DNA of 64,000 nucleotides from assembly GCA_002269645.1 (NCBI GenBank), contig NIVC01002028.1, positions 112,886-176,885 on the forward strand, written 5' to 3'. The first letter of the stretch is position 1. Each line of letters opens with the position of its first letter. A program made the position numbers and the translations under genes. The notes beneath the pieces are model-generated. The model worked only from the letters and a program-made list of their open reading frames with translations. It did no database searches and was not told the origin of the DNA. This stretch comes from Macrostomum lignano (Eukaryota). Positions 1-10,340 of the stretch are shown one piece after another.

Positions 1-215
1 GGTTGAATCAAAGGGTTCAGATAGCAATGGAGGGTTGAATCAAAGGGTTCAGATAGCAATGGAGGGTTGAATCAAAGGGTTCAGATAGCAATGGAGGGTT
101 GAATCAAAGGGTTCAGGTAGCAATGGAGGGTTGAATCAAAGGGTTCAGGTAGCAATGGAGGGTTGAATAAAAGGGTTCAGGTAACAATGTAGGGCTGAAT
201 CTAAGGCTTCAGATA
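1..215. repeat. Minisatellite, 32-bp unit (GGTTGAATCAAAGGGTTCAGATAGCAATGGAG), about 6 copies, truncated by window start
   Basis: Unit read directly; copies degrade toward 215. Confidence 0.9.
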
Positions 216-667
216 GCAGTCATAGGTATCATTATGAGCAAATTAATTTATGGGAAAAAGCAGATAAGTATCACTTTATTTTTCGTTGTAATGCACGTTA
301 GATGAGATAGAAAATAAGTTATACTCAAGCGAATTAGTCAGTGCACCAACGGACTCTATGATATTTAAATTATACCGAATGCATAGAGCAGAAATGGGCC
401 AGCTGTTTGAGTACAATAGGAACTCCACGAATTCCTACTGTATGAGTCATGCCTTACTGAATACATCGTTCTTGTGAAAGTAATAAAGTATGCTTGAAGC
501 TTAAACGTATGTGAAAATTCACAAATTTCGCCAGCTATCTTCAATGATTCCCATGCAAAACTATCTCTCAGACTTCCGTCTGCTTCATTAATATTGAATT
601 TATCTTCGGCAATGACTTCTTTAGACTCAGCTGTCAGTTACCGGTGGCGCTATCAGATGTTGTAACC

Positions 668-2209
668 GTAGACACTGTAGACACTGTAGACACTGTAGAC
701 ACTGTAGACACTGTAGACACTGTAGACACTGTAGACACTGTAGACACTGTAGACACTGTAGACACTGTAGACACTGTAGACACTGTAGACACTGTAGATG
801 CTGTAGACACTGTAGACACTGTAGACACTGTAGACACTGTAGACACTGTAGATGCTGTAGACACTGTAGACACTGTAGACACTGTAGACACTGTAGACAC
901 TGTAGACACTGTAGATGCTGTAGACACTGTAGATGCTGTAGACACTGTAGACACTGTAGACAATGTAGACACTGTAGACACTGTAGACACTGTAGACACT
1001 GTAGACACTGTAGACACTGTAGACACTGTAGACGCTGTAGACACTGTAGACGCTGTAGACACTGTAGACGCTGTAGACACTTTAGACACTGTAGACACTG
1101 TAGACACTGTAGACACTGTAGACACTGTAGACACTGTAGACACTGTAGACACTGTAGACACTGTAGACGCTGTAGACACTGTAGACACTGTAGACACTGT
1201 AGACACTGTAGACACTGTAGACACTGTAGACACTGTAGACGCTGTAGACACTGTAGACACTGTAGACACTGTAGACACTGTAGACACTGTAGACACTGTA
1301 GACAATGTAGACACTGTAGACACTGTAGACACTGTAGACACTGTAGACACTGTAGACACTGTAGACACTGTAGACACTGTAGACACTGTAGACACTGTAG
1401 ACACTGTAGACACTTTAGACACTGTAGACACTGTAGACACTGTAGACACTGTAGACACTGTAGACAATGTAGACACTGTAGACACTGTAGACACTGTAGA
1501 CACTGTAGACACTGTAGACACTGTAGACACTGTAGACACTGTAGACAATGTAGACACTGTAGACACTGTAGACACTGTAGACACTGTAGACACTGTAGAC
1601 ACTGTAGACACTGTAGACACTGTAGACACTGTAGACACTGTAGACACTGTAGACACTGTAGACACTGTAGACACTGTAGACACTGTAGACACTGTAGACA
1701 CTGTAGACACTGTAGACACTGTAGACACTGTAGACGCTGTAGACACTGTAGACACTGTAGACACTGTAGACACTGTAGACACTGTAGACACTGTAGACAC
1801 TGTAGACACTGTAGACGCTCTAGACGCTGTAGACACTGTAGACACTGTAGACACTGTAGACACTGTAGACACTGTAGACACTGTAGACGCTGTAGACACT
1901 GTAGACACTGTAGACACTGTAGACACTGTAGACACTGTAGACACTGTAGACACTGTAGACACTGTAGACACTGTAGACACTGTAGACACTGTAGACACTG
2001 TAGACACTGTAGACACTGTAGACACTGTAGACACTGTAGACACTGTAGACGCTCTAGACGCTGTAGACACTGTAGACACTGTAGACACTGTAGACACTGT
2101 AGACACTGTAGACACTGTAGACGCTCTAGACGCTGTAGACACTGTAGACACTGTAGACACTGTAGACGCTCTAGACGCTGTAGACACTGTAGACACTGTA
2201 GACGCTGTA
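668..2209. repeat. Tandem array of 9-bp unit GTAGACACT (about 170 copies)
   Basis: Direct reading; variants GACGCT/GATGCT/GACAAT. It generates the (VDT)n and (STV)n ORFs in the track. Confidence 0.97.
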
Positions 2210-2243
2210 TATACTTTAGATACTAAAGAGACTGTAGAAGCAT

Positions 2244-2809
2244 TCAGAAGGCAGAAAAATAGGATGTCGCAGAAGCTGTTTGCGCGGTGCATTGCCCTGC
2301 GTCGCCAGTCTCCGAGTTCACGAAGCCCCTTCCCTGTAGTCGCTGCTGCCCTCCTGACCGTCCGCGCTGATTTCGGCGCGCCTGCTGCTGAGAGTGAGAA
2401 AGCTGCGACCCTTGCTGCGGCTGCTGATGCGAGTCCAGCTGCTGCTGCTGCCCGCGCCGGTTGAAGCCACGCATGGCCAGCGAGATGCCGCCCGTCTTGC
2501 TGCCCATGCCGCTTGAACTGGAGGGCCAGGCCGCTGCCACGGCCGCCGAGCCGCCGCCGCTGCCCCCGGCTCCGCCGCCTCCTCCAGGACGCCCGGCCCG
2601 GCCCTGTCGACGCCGGATCCGATAGCGAGCGAACGAGGCGATGAGGAAGGCGATGAACGCCACCCCGATGGCGATGTGGGCGAGCCATACCGGAGGCACG
2701 AAGGTGACCGGACCAACCTTGGCCGCTGGATCGGCCGTGGCCGGAACCGAAGTGCCCTCGAGAGATTCGCCGGCTGGATGCATCAAAGAGCTGCGATCGC
2801 TGCTTCCTT
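2244..2809 (-). CDS. Putative terminal exon of a single-pass membrane protein (TM helix plus low-complexity cytoplasmic tail)
   Basis: Minus-strand polypyrimidine tract plus AG (CCCCTCTCTTCCTTCTTCATCAG) ends at 2810. GC-rich ORF with hydrophobic VWLAHIAIGVAFIAFLIASFA followed by a basic stop-transfer RYRIRRR. Upstream exons were not found. Confidence 0.4.
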
Positions 2810-4776
2810 CTGATGAAGAAGGAAGAGAGGGGAATTGCAAGTATTTAAAGTCTGCTGTTGGTAGGAGTTTTTTCAAGCAAACGTCTCATTGGCCCATCCT
2901 ACAGTGAGCTTTTTGGAGACTTCAGGCTTGCTCCCGGACTCATCTTGCTTTTAGACTTCCCAGTAAATTATGAAATCTCTGAATCTCTGGTCTGCAACGA
3001 GTGCTGAGAATCTGATGCCAACAATTAATCTGCAAATCTCTGCCTCCTGAACTGCGGAGCACGAGTAGGCCAACTCTTGAGCCATTCTGATTCTAGCAAG
3101 TAAAGGAGTTACCTTTCATTTCGAGTCACCTGGCAGATTTGTCAATACGAACAGGCGGGTGCTTCTCCCCCTGCCAGTTAAGCCGTCTCCTTGTAACGAC
3201 GCTTGTACAAGACTAAGTTGAGAATTGAAACTAATGATTCAAGTGAACGCATGAATAAAACAAGCGTTGGCTTGTCGTTCATTAGCCAGCTAATTATTAT
3301 TCATAGTAGAGAATCGAGGCAAGATGGAGAGACAAGACAAGGATGGGGAGCGTTGCTTATTTACTAATTTCAACCTCAAACTCAACCTCACGCAATAGAG
3401 GCTTGAGGCAATAAAAGTGCATGTGCTTCATTTTGCCACTAGAGACAAAGACTATTTCCCCAACTCTACTACTAGGGAAGCTTTTCAAGTAGTATGCTTT
3501 GCATTCGTTTTTTAAACTTAGTTAAAAGGACAAAGTTAGCTTTCTGCTCAACTTTTTAACATCCGGGAAGGAAAATGCTAAGTTGCATGTCGCTCTTGGT
3601 CTCGCGCGCCCCTTTTGCGCCATGGGGCAGCCCTTGCTGCCTCTAATTGAGCGGAAGCAACTTCTGGTCTAATTTGGTTGCGACTGTAAGAATACGAATC
3701 GCTAGTCAGGAGACGTCTGACCCCCCCCCCTCCTCAGGCGAGCTGATGAACTTCTTTTCAATATCTTCTCCTCCGATCTAATTCTTGGCACACTTCATTT
3801 CGTCCGCCTAAGCCCCTGGTTGTAGCATATCCGTGCAGATTCCAGCACGGGAGCTCCACTCACAGTCACCGCAAAGCGTCTCACCCACTCAATCAAGATT
3901 GCACCGGAGAAAGTTCCCCTTATAAACCCGTTGTCTGTGAGATAAGAGAAGGCAGAATAGGATTTAGTCCAATCCCCCTAGATCTGTGAAACAGCGTGGC
4001 AAATTACTTCCTGCTACATTCCACGTACTGTTTAATCCTCAGCCCAGGAAGGCTTCAAAGTATCTCCCAATATATCCCCTTAATCCACTACCAACGCCAG
4101 GAAACTCCATGCGTTCATCTCTGACGCGAGCGTAAACCTGACTTAGCTTTGATTTTACTATAGCTTGTTTACTTATCAATAGCTAGCCTTGTATTCAACC
4201 AGACAGCTCAATGTGCAGGTAGCCCAGCAGCACAAACTGGACGCTTCTTGCTTCGGACTGTCTCTCTGCCACCTTCATTCTCTTACCCCATCTGTAAGCA
4301 AAAAGTACTCTAGCTATTGTATAATGACAACAGTGTATTGCTGCTGCTGGTGCTGCCGTGCCATGAGCGCACAGAACTCGCCCACTCTCCCCTTTCGCTC
4401 TCTCTTTCTCGCTCTCTTGCCATCGTCCACAGCTTCCAGTGTCCAAAGACACTCGCCAAGCAACAGATTGTACTCACAGGGGCCAACATCTCTCCTAGTC
4501 TCGGTCTTGTTTTAATTCCTGGCTCAACCCTGGCTTTGCCCTACTCTTCAGTGAGTTTCAGTTGCTGTGTTGCCAATTAAAAAACGGCATTATTCAAAGC
4601 AGAATCAAGCGCGCACACACGGGCTGCCTCCAGAAAGCTTAGAAAAAGGATCAAATTAGAGCAGAGAAGTCAACGAAAGACGACTTGAAGCAAGTCCCGT
4701 CGCAGAGAATTAGCATACCCTGTCATCCAGCACAGAATCGTTCCAGCTAAACTTCTCCTCATTGAAACAAAACTGC

Positions 4777-6393
4777 ATGTCTTCCAGAGAAGCTGGTCCA
4801 AACCGACCCGACTCTGGCGTCACTCAGCAGCTGTTTGGCGACGAGTCGGATCGTAATCAGCAGCTACTCTTGGAACGCTTGAAACGGCTTCGAGAACGAC
4901 GACCAAACGGACTGCCGAACTTGCGCGTCTGTCAAGTTGTTGGCGGCAAGATCTGCCTGCGGGCGTGCGATCCGTTCAACCTGGACGACGAGGGGGCCGC
5001 CGAGTTGATGTCGCTTGGCCTGCGATCAATCATCGATCTCAGGTCCGACCATGAGAGAACAGAGCCACCGGATGCGCCTCTATATAAGTAGGTTTTACAT
5101 AACGGTGTGCATTCGCGTTGTGAAGGTGCATTTCTGTTGTAGAAGTGTGCTTCGGTTGTAGAGGTGTGTTCCCTTCGTAAAAGTGTATATAGATACATTT
5201 CCACTTGAACCTTGCAGAACTCGCCATCGAGTTGTCTTCTCGGTTCTTTTAGGTTTAATGCTTTATGCTGCTAGAACTGTTATTGTTACATGTACGTTCT
5301 TGTCTTCATATTTCTGTCATTCTCTTCCAATTTTAATTGAAAACGCCAAATTTTTGGCCCTCAGCCATCTCTGCGTCCTCCGCTGGCAGCCGGAGGCCGA
5401 CGCGGGAGCTGAGACTGACGGCTTCATCATTGAGCGCCCGGTGGGTGCCGACGACGACTTGGTCTCCGCCATCGCCTACCGGGTGGACTGTCTTCGCTCG
5501 CCTCAGCTCCAGCTGCGGAGATTTCTGGCCGACTACGCCGGGCCCTGCCGGCTGTGCGTCCCGGATGTCAGCGCCTACCTGCTGCCCGCCAGCGCCGGCC
5601 GGCCAACACTGCGGCTGCTACGCGATGTGCTCGACTGCTTCCCGAACGCGCTGGCCGCAGCCATGCGGGTGTTGGCCAGACGGGATGCCTACCCGGCGCT
5701 GTTGGTCAGCCGGGACGGTCAGCAGGTGGCAGCCGTGGTCAGCTGTCTGATGCAGCTGCTTCTGGGCGAGGATCCCAGCATTCTGGCCGACATGCACGCC
5801 GCGTCGGAGGTGAGGAGCAGGGAGGCGCTGCTGGGAGGTAGCTGGAGGAGCTTGGAACACAGTATTAACTGATGAATGATGGGCATGATTCCCGACCCAC
5901 TCGGAACAATTTCCGATTGAACTTATATGATTAGGGGGCGAAAGGGGGCGACCCCCTCAGTCCTTGGACTGAACAGCCGTACGCAGCCTTCAGATGCGCC
6001 GCGCGATGGCTGCGGCTGAGCTGTCGGTTGCACATCTGGCCATTAGGGCAGGCTACGTCTTCTTCTGCACTCACATCGACAGCTCCAATAAAACCGTGAA
6101 ACAAAAAACCAACTATGAGTTACCAACTTGAAAATCAACTTGAATTATGAGTTAAAAAATATTAACAAAAAGCAAAATTGGCCTATCAATCCCATCCTTG
6201 TCTGCTTTAGACCGAATTCGCCAGATATCAGGGTGACTACCCGGAGTCTGAGCACAGCGCCAGACTCAAAGAGTCGCGATCTACCATGCTGCAGCTGGTT
6301 GACTACATACTGGAGACTTACCGCAGCGCCGAGAACTACCTGCTGAAAGCTGGACTGTCCCAGCAGGAAATCCGACAGCTGAAGACTGTTTGA
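4777..6393 (+). CDS. Y_phosphatase3 (MptpB/IphP/LipA-like) phosphatase-fold protein, predicted pseudophosphatase; join(4777-5087,5365-5809,6211-6393), about 312 aa
   Basis: Motifs LGLRSIIDLRSDHE (family LGIRTVIDLRxxxE), YPALLVSRDGQQVAAVVSCLMQLLLG in register with PVLxHCxAGKDRTG...LLG, and C-terminal YRSAENYLLKAGLSQQEIRQLK. GT-AG introns have compatible phases (2, 0). Confidence 0.75.
5935..6004 (+). mobile_element. Fragment of an interspersed repeat (SINE body), inverted relative to the copy at about 37318-37372
   Basis: CAGTCCTTGGACTGAACAGCCGTACGCAGCCTTCAGATGCGC is the near-exact reverse complement of 37318-37362. Confidence 0.5.
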
Positions 6394-6567
6394 GCTCGAA
6401 TGCACCTTGAAAAACTTGATGTTCCCAGAGCCAAAATAGTTCGTTAGGAAGCAGATACTCCAATCACTTTGCATTCGTTGTGCTTAGAATTCAATTTACT
6501 CTTCAAAGCGTGCAAATTATATTAGTAGCTTTATTCTGTTTTCTTCTGCTACTGCTATTGTTGCTGC

Positions 6568-7133
6568 TGTAGTTACTGCTATAGTAACTGTTATAGTTAC
6601 TACTATAGTTACTGCTGTAGTTACTGCTATAGTTACCGCTGTAGTTACTGCTATACTTACTGCTGTAGTTACTGTTATAGTTACTGCTATGGTTACTGCT
6701 ATAGGCACTGCTGTAGTTACTGCTATAGTAACTGTTATAGTTACTACTATAGTTACTGCTGTAGTTACTGCTATAGTTACCGCTGTAGTTACTGCTATAC
6801 TTACTGCTGTAGTTACTGTTATAGTTACTACTATAGTTACTGCTGTAGTTACTGCTATAGTTACCGCTGTAGTTACTGCTATACTTACTGCTGTAGTTAC
6901 TGTTATAGTTACTGCTATGGTTACTGCTATAGGCACTGCTGTAGTTACTGCTATAGTAACTGTTATAGTTACTACTATAGTTACTGCTGTAGTTACTGCT
7001 ATAGTTACCGCTGTAGTTACTGCTATACTTACTGCTGTAGTTACTGTTATAGTTACTGCTATGGTTACTGCTATAGGCACTGCTGTAGTTACTGCTATAG
7101 TTACTGTTATAGTTACTGTTGTAGTTACTTGTT
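6568..7133. repeat. 12-bp-based minisatellite (TAGTTACTGCTG/A) with higher-order blocks
   Basis: Direct reading; it is the source of the SSNY/VTA repeat ORFs. Confidence 0.92.
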
Positions 7134-7166
7134 ATACTTAGTATATTACTCACTGCCAAAAACATT

Positions 7167-7376
7167 TGTAGGGTTGCGTTTGGTTTGGGCCGTCGGGGTG
7201 GGGGCTGCTCTATTAGTATATGTACTTGCATCTCGCTTTCTTCTCTGTACATGCCCACCACCCCAGTTGGGTGAGTCACTTTAATCGATCTATCATCGCT
7301 GACTATTTAATCGCTCGTAAATTATCGTGCATCAAAATATACTTCGTAAACTTACTCTAAATTCTCGGCTCTTACA
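7167..7376 (+). repeat. 5' LTR (210 bp)
   Basis: TGTAGGG...CTTACA; identical to the 3' LTR except one extra G in a G-run. Confidence 0.97.
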
Positions 7377-7377
7377 T

Positions 7378-7388
7378 TGGTGGCAGCG
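7378..7388 (+). promoter_or_regulatory. Primer-binding site, probably tRNA-Leu
   Basis: TGGTGGCAGCG lies 1 nt after the LTR and is complementary to the ...CGCTGCCACCA 3' end of metazoan tRNA-Leu(AAG/TAG). Confidence 0.75.
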
Positions 7389-7850
7389 AGAACCCAGTTC
7401 AATTGCACTAATGGCCCAGAACACCCTTCTACCGCCAAAGTTCAGTGGAACAGACGGCACTGACGTGAGAAAGTGGCTGCGCATCTTTGAGGAATTCGCC
7501 AACGATGCGAAATGGGACGACGCGACCTCAGCGTCGAAGGTGAAGCTGCTGCTCACGGGAGAAGCCCAACTGGTCGTCTGGAACCTGGCCGAGACAAGAC
7601 AAAAGAGTTTTAAAAGTATAAAGGAGGACCTCACAAAGTTTTATGGAGGCGAAGCCGACAGCTTTAAGGCCATGAGCGACTTCTACGCGAGGAAACGTTG
7701 AGATGCCGAGACACTGCGTGAGCTCTGCTTCAACCTGAAGCTGCTACACCAGAAAGCCAGACCGGAGGACTCAATTGCTCAGCGAGACCGAGATGTGCGC
7801 TTCAAGCTTCTGCAGCTGCTCAAGGCCGACATTCGTGACAACCTGCTTAA

Positions 7851-9931
7851 CCTCTACGCGACGGGTGGGGTTTAGCATCACCCCTGTTGCTGACGGTTGT
7901 GCCGAAATCGGGACATAGACTATTGGACAGTCGCTAAAGTTGCTGCTGCAGCACCCCCTTTCCCGCCGGTTTCTCTCTGTCGCGACTGTCTTAGTCATTT
8001 CTTAAGTTCATCTGCACACTTGTCTCTGTTTACTGTTTTTTCCCTCTTGGTCCAGTTCAGTCTTGTTATTTTTATCTGTTTCCCTTGCTGCCTTCTGATT
8101 GGCTCTTCAACCTCGCCTCTTTTAGTCGCGAGTTCCATCCCCCTTTTTATTATCTTCACTCCCCCCCCCCTATAGTTTCCCCCCTCCCCCCCCCCTTTTA
8201 AATATATTCGTTTAGGGCCCTGTCCAAGTACAATTAAATAGCCTCTCTTATTTTTCCTGCACTTTCACTTTAACTATATATTTACTGTCTCACTGGCTGC
8301 TGCGCTACTCGCGTTGTTATTGCCATGGAATCTGAAAACGAATACGCAGCCATTTTCACTGATGACGACTCGCTGGAGTCGCTAGATAGAATCGAGGACG
8401 AGTTGATGGAGGAAGAAGGCGAAGAATCAGAAGAAGAAGAAGAAGAAGGCATGCAGACAGAGGAAGTTGGTGATGTACCAGAGTGGCACTTTGTTCAGAC
8501 TGGAATGGATGCTGTGCCGAATGAAGCCGAGTTTCTGGGAACATTAGGGGTTCAGCCAGATTCGAGGCCTCAAGCTTCAGCTGATGGAAACGAAGAGGAG
8601 TTTCTGAGTCTGTACCTCACTGATGAAATTATTGCAAGCGTGAAAACCTGGACGAATCGTAGGGCGTGGAAGATATTCGAGGAGTGCGCTGATGAAGAGT
8701 AGTTGCCGAAGCTGCATGGTAAAGAACTGGAGAGATTGTACAGATGATGAGGTGAGGAAGCTGTTCTGTTGATGGGCCTGGACAAAAAGCCGGAGATCAG
8801 CAGCTACTGGAGCCAGGACCCTGTTTTCCATTGCTCCTTTCTGTCCATGCCCAATGCCCTCTCGAGAGATAGGTTCAAGCAGCTGCTTTCCTGCCTTCGT
8901 TTCTACGACTGCACGGATGTCCAGGAAGGGCCCTTGGCCAAGATCCAGCGGACAGGAAGAGCAGCGGAACAAAGACCGTGTATCTCCTGGACACTGCTGG
9001 CCAGGCTGTCTGTGTGACCGTACCACGAGTCCGTCGGGGAGGCGAGCAGCAGGTGATCGCGAAGCCAGTGACAGTGGTCACCTACTCGAAGAGTATGGGC
9101 GGCGTGGACCGTATGGATTCGGCAGCGAACCCCTACCTGGCCAGCCGGAAAACGCTGCGCTGGTTTCAGAAACTCGCGTTTTACCTGCTGCTGCTTCTGG
9201 TTCGGAATTCGTGGATCGTCTACCGCCAGAACGGAGGTACCAAGACTTTCGTGGCGTTTCTGCGCAAAGCAGTCAGCATCTTGGTGGAGGAGACTGGCAG
9301 GGGCAGGCGCCATTTCGCTGTCAGGGCAGGCCGTCCTGCAGCAGTCGGACCGGCAGGTGACGGCCCTGCAGTACAGCATTTGCTGACCAAAGCTCAATTG
9401 AATGCTGCCCATGTTCGGCCGCGCAATTAATGCCGCGTGTGCAGCGAGAACCGAATCGCGAAGAAGACAGTGTACATATGCCCTGATTGTCAGGGAGTAC
9501 CAGCACTTTGTATAGGCCAGTGCTTCAGAAACTGGCACAGCCAACCGCACTGACTGTTACAGACCTCGTCATTATGTTTTTTTCTTCCACACCCCCCGGT
9601 TGACTTTGCTCTCTCCATTCCTAACCCGCTCCCCTTTTTGTCCCCACCCTTGAATAAAATTTAAGTAAATATTTATGGAGTACCCTTAAAAAGAGCTTTC
9701 CGTTGCTATGGTGTCAATCAAAAATTATCTGTTCTAATCCTGTTTCTGTTCTGTTAGCACTTTCACTTGTTTTAAATTAAAATAAAGCAGTGTGTCCCGT
9801 TTTTGGGACACAGCCGTCGGCAACGGCAGTGCAGCGCAGCTGCAGTTTTGACCATAGAGCTTAGTTTTAAGTTTTCGGCTGAAGCAGAAGTGGCTGCTTG
9901 TCCCGTTTTCGGGACATCCGTCGGCTTACCG
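7851..9931 (+). mobile_element. Internally deleted piggyBac (PGBD4-like) DNA transposon nested in gag
   Basis: TTAA TSD at 7847-7850 and 9932-9935; imperfect inverted ends sharing GACGG-TGT(G/C)CCG...GGGACA motifs; transposase remnant inside. Confidence 0.92.
8325..9553 (+). pseudogene. piggyBac transposase remnant (DDE_Tnp_1_7 plus C-terminal Cys-rich domain), central catalytic region deleted, several stops and frameshifts
   Basis: Acidic N-terminus, EEFLSLYLTDEII, YWS...SRDRFKQLLSCLRF, YSKSMGGVDRMD, RWFQKLAFYLL, CRVC...CPDC...LCIGQCFRNWH. Confidence 0.9.
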
Positions 9932-10304
9932 TTAAGGCAGAGGACGCAGAGACCTGCAGCCTGGAGACTCTGCTGCAGCGGGCGGCTCGGCTGGAGGAGC
10001 TGGCTGGGCGACAGTCGGTGGCGGCAGTCGGAGCCGTCAGCGCTACATCATCGGCAGAACCAAGCGAGGACCGCCTGGACCGACTGGAGAAACGCATGGA
10101 GGAGCTCATCGCGAGGGTCAGCGTACAGTCGGGTACCGACACTCGGCGTCGCCGTCAACAGCGAGGAGGCGGCTGCTTCAACTGCGGCCAGCTCGGACAC
10201 CGTGCAGCGCAATGTCAGCAGCGAGAGAAACAGCCGGGTCCGATCATCTGCCACAAGTGCTCTGGGCGGGGGCACAAGGCCTCTGTCTGCCCATCGAAGG
10301 CTCC

Positions 10305-10340
10305 GGGAAACTTTTAAGGGTTGGTGCAACCCACCAACCC
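10305..10340 (+). promoter_or_regulatory. Predicted -1 programmed ribosomal frameshift signal (gag-pol)
   Basis: Slippery G GGA AAC (10305-10311), 6-nt spacer, perfect 9-bp stem GGGTTGGTG/CACCAACCC with a 5-nt loop; pol lies in the -1 frame. Confidence 0.8.

Larger units (their letters stand above)
7411..10317 (+). pseudogene. gag: Gypsy gag, with a premature TGA (7699-7701) and split by piggyBac at TTAA
   Basis: MAQNTLLPPKFSGTDGTDVRKWL...; removing 7851-9935 restores ...DNLLKAEDAETCSLE. Two CCHC knuckles (CFNCGQLGHRAAQC, CHKCSGRGHKASVC). Confidence 0.9.

Noticed and set aside
644-2464. 606-aa (VDT)n plus-strand ORF
   Set aside because: It is a by-product of a stop-free 9-bp repeat, with no splice or domain context.
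6503-7279. 258-aa SSNY-repeat ORF (prion- or adhesin-like appearance)
   Set aside because: It starts inside the LTR antisense strand and runs through a 12-bp satellite, and other frames are also open.
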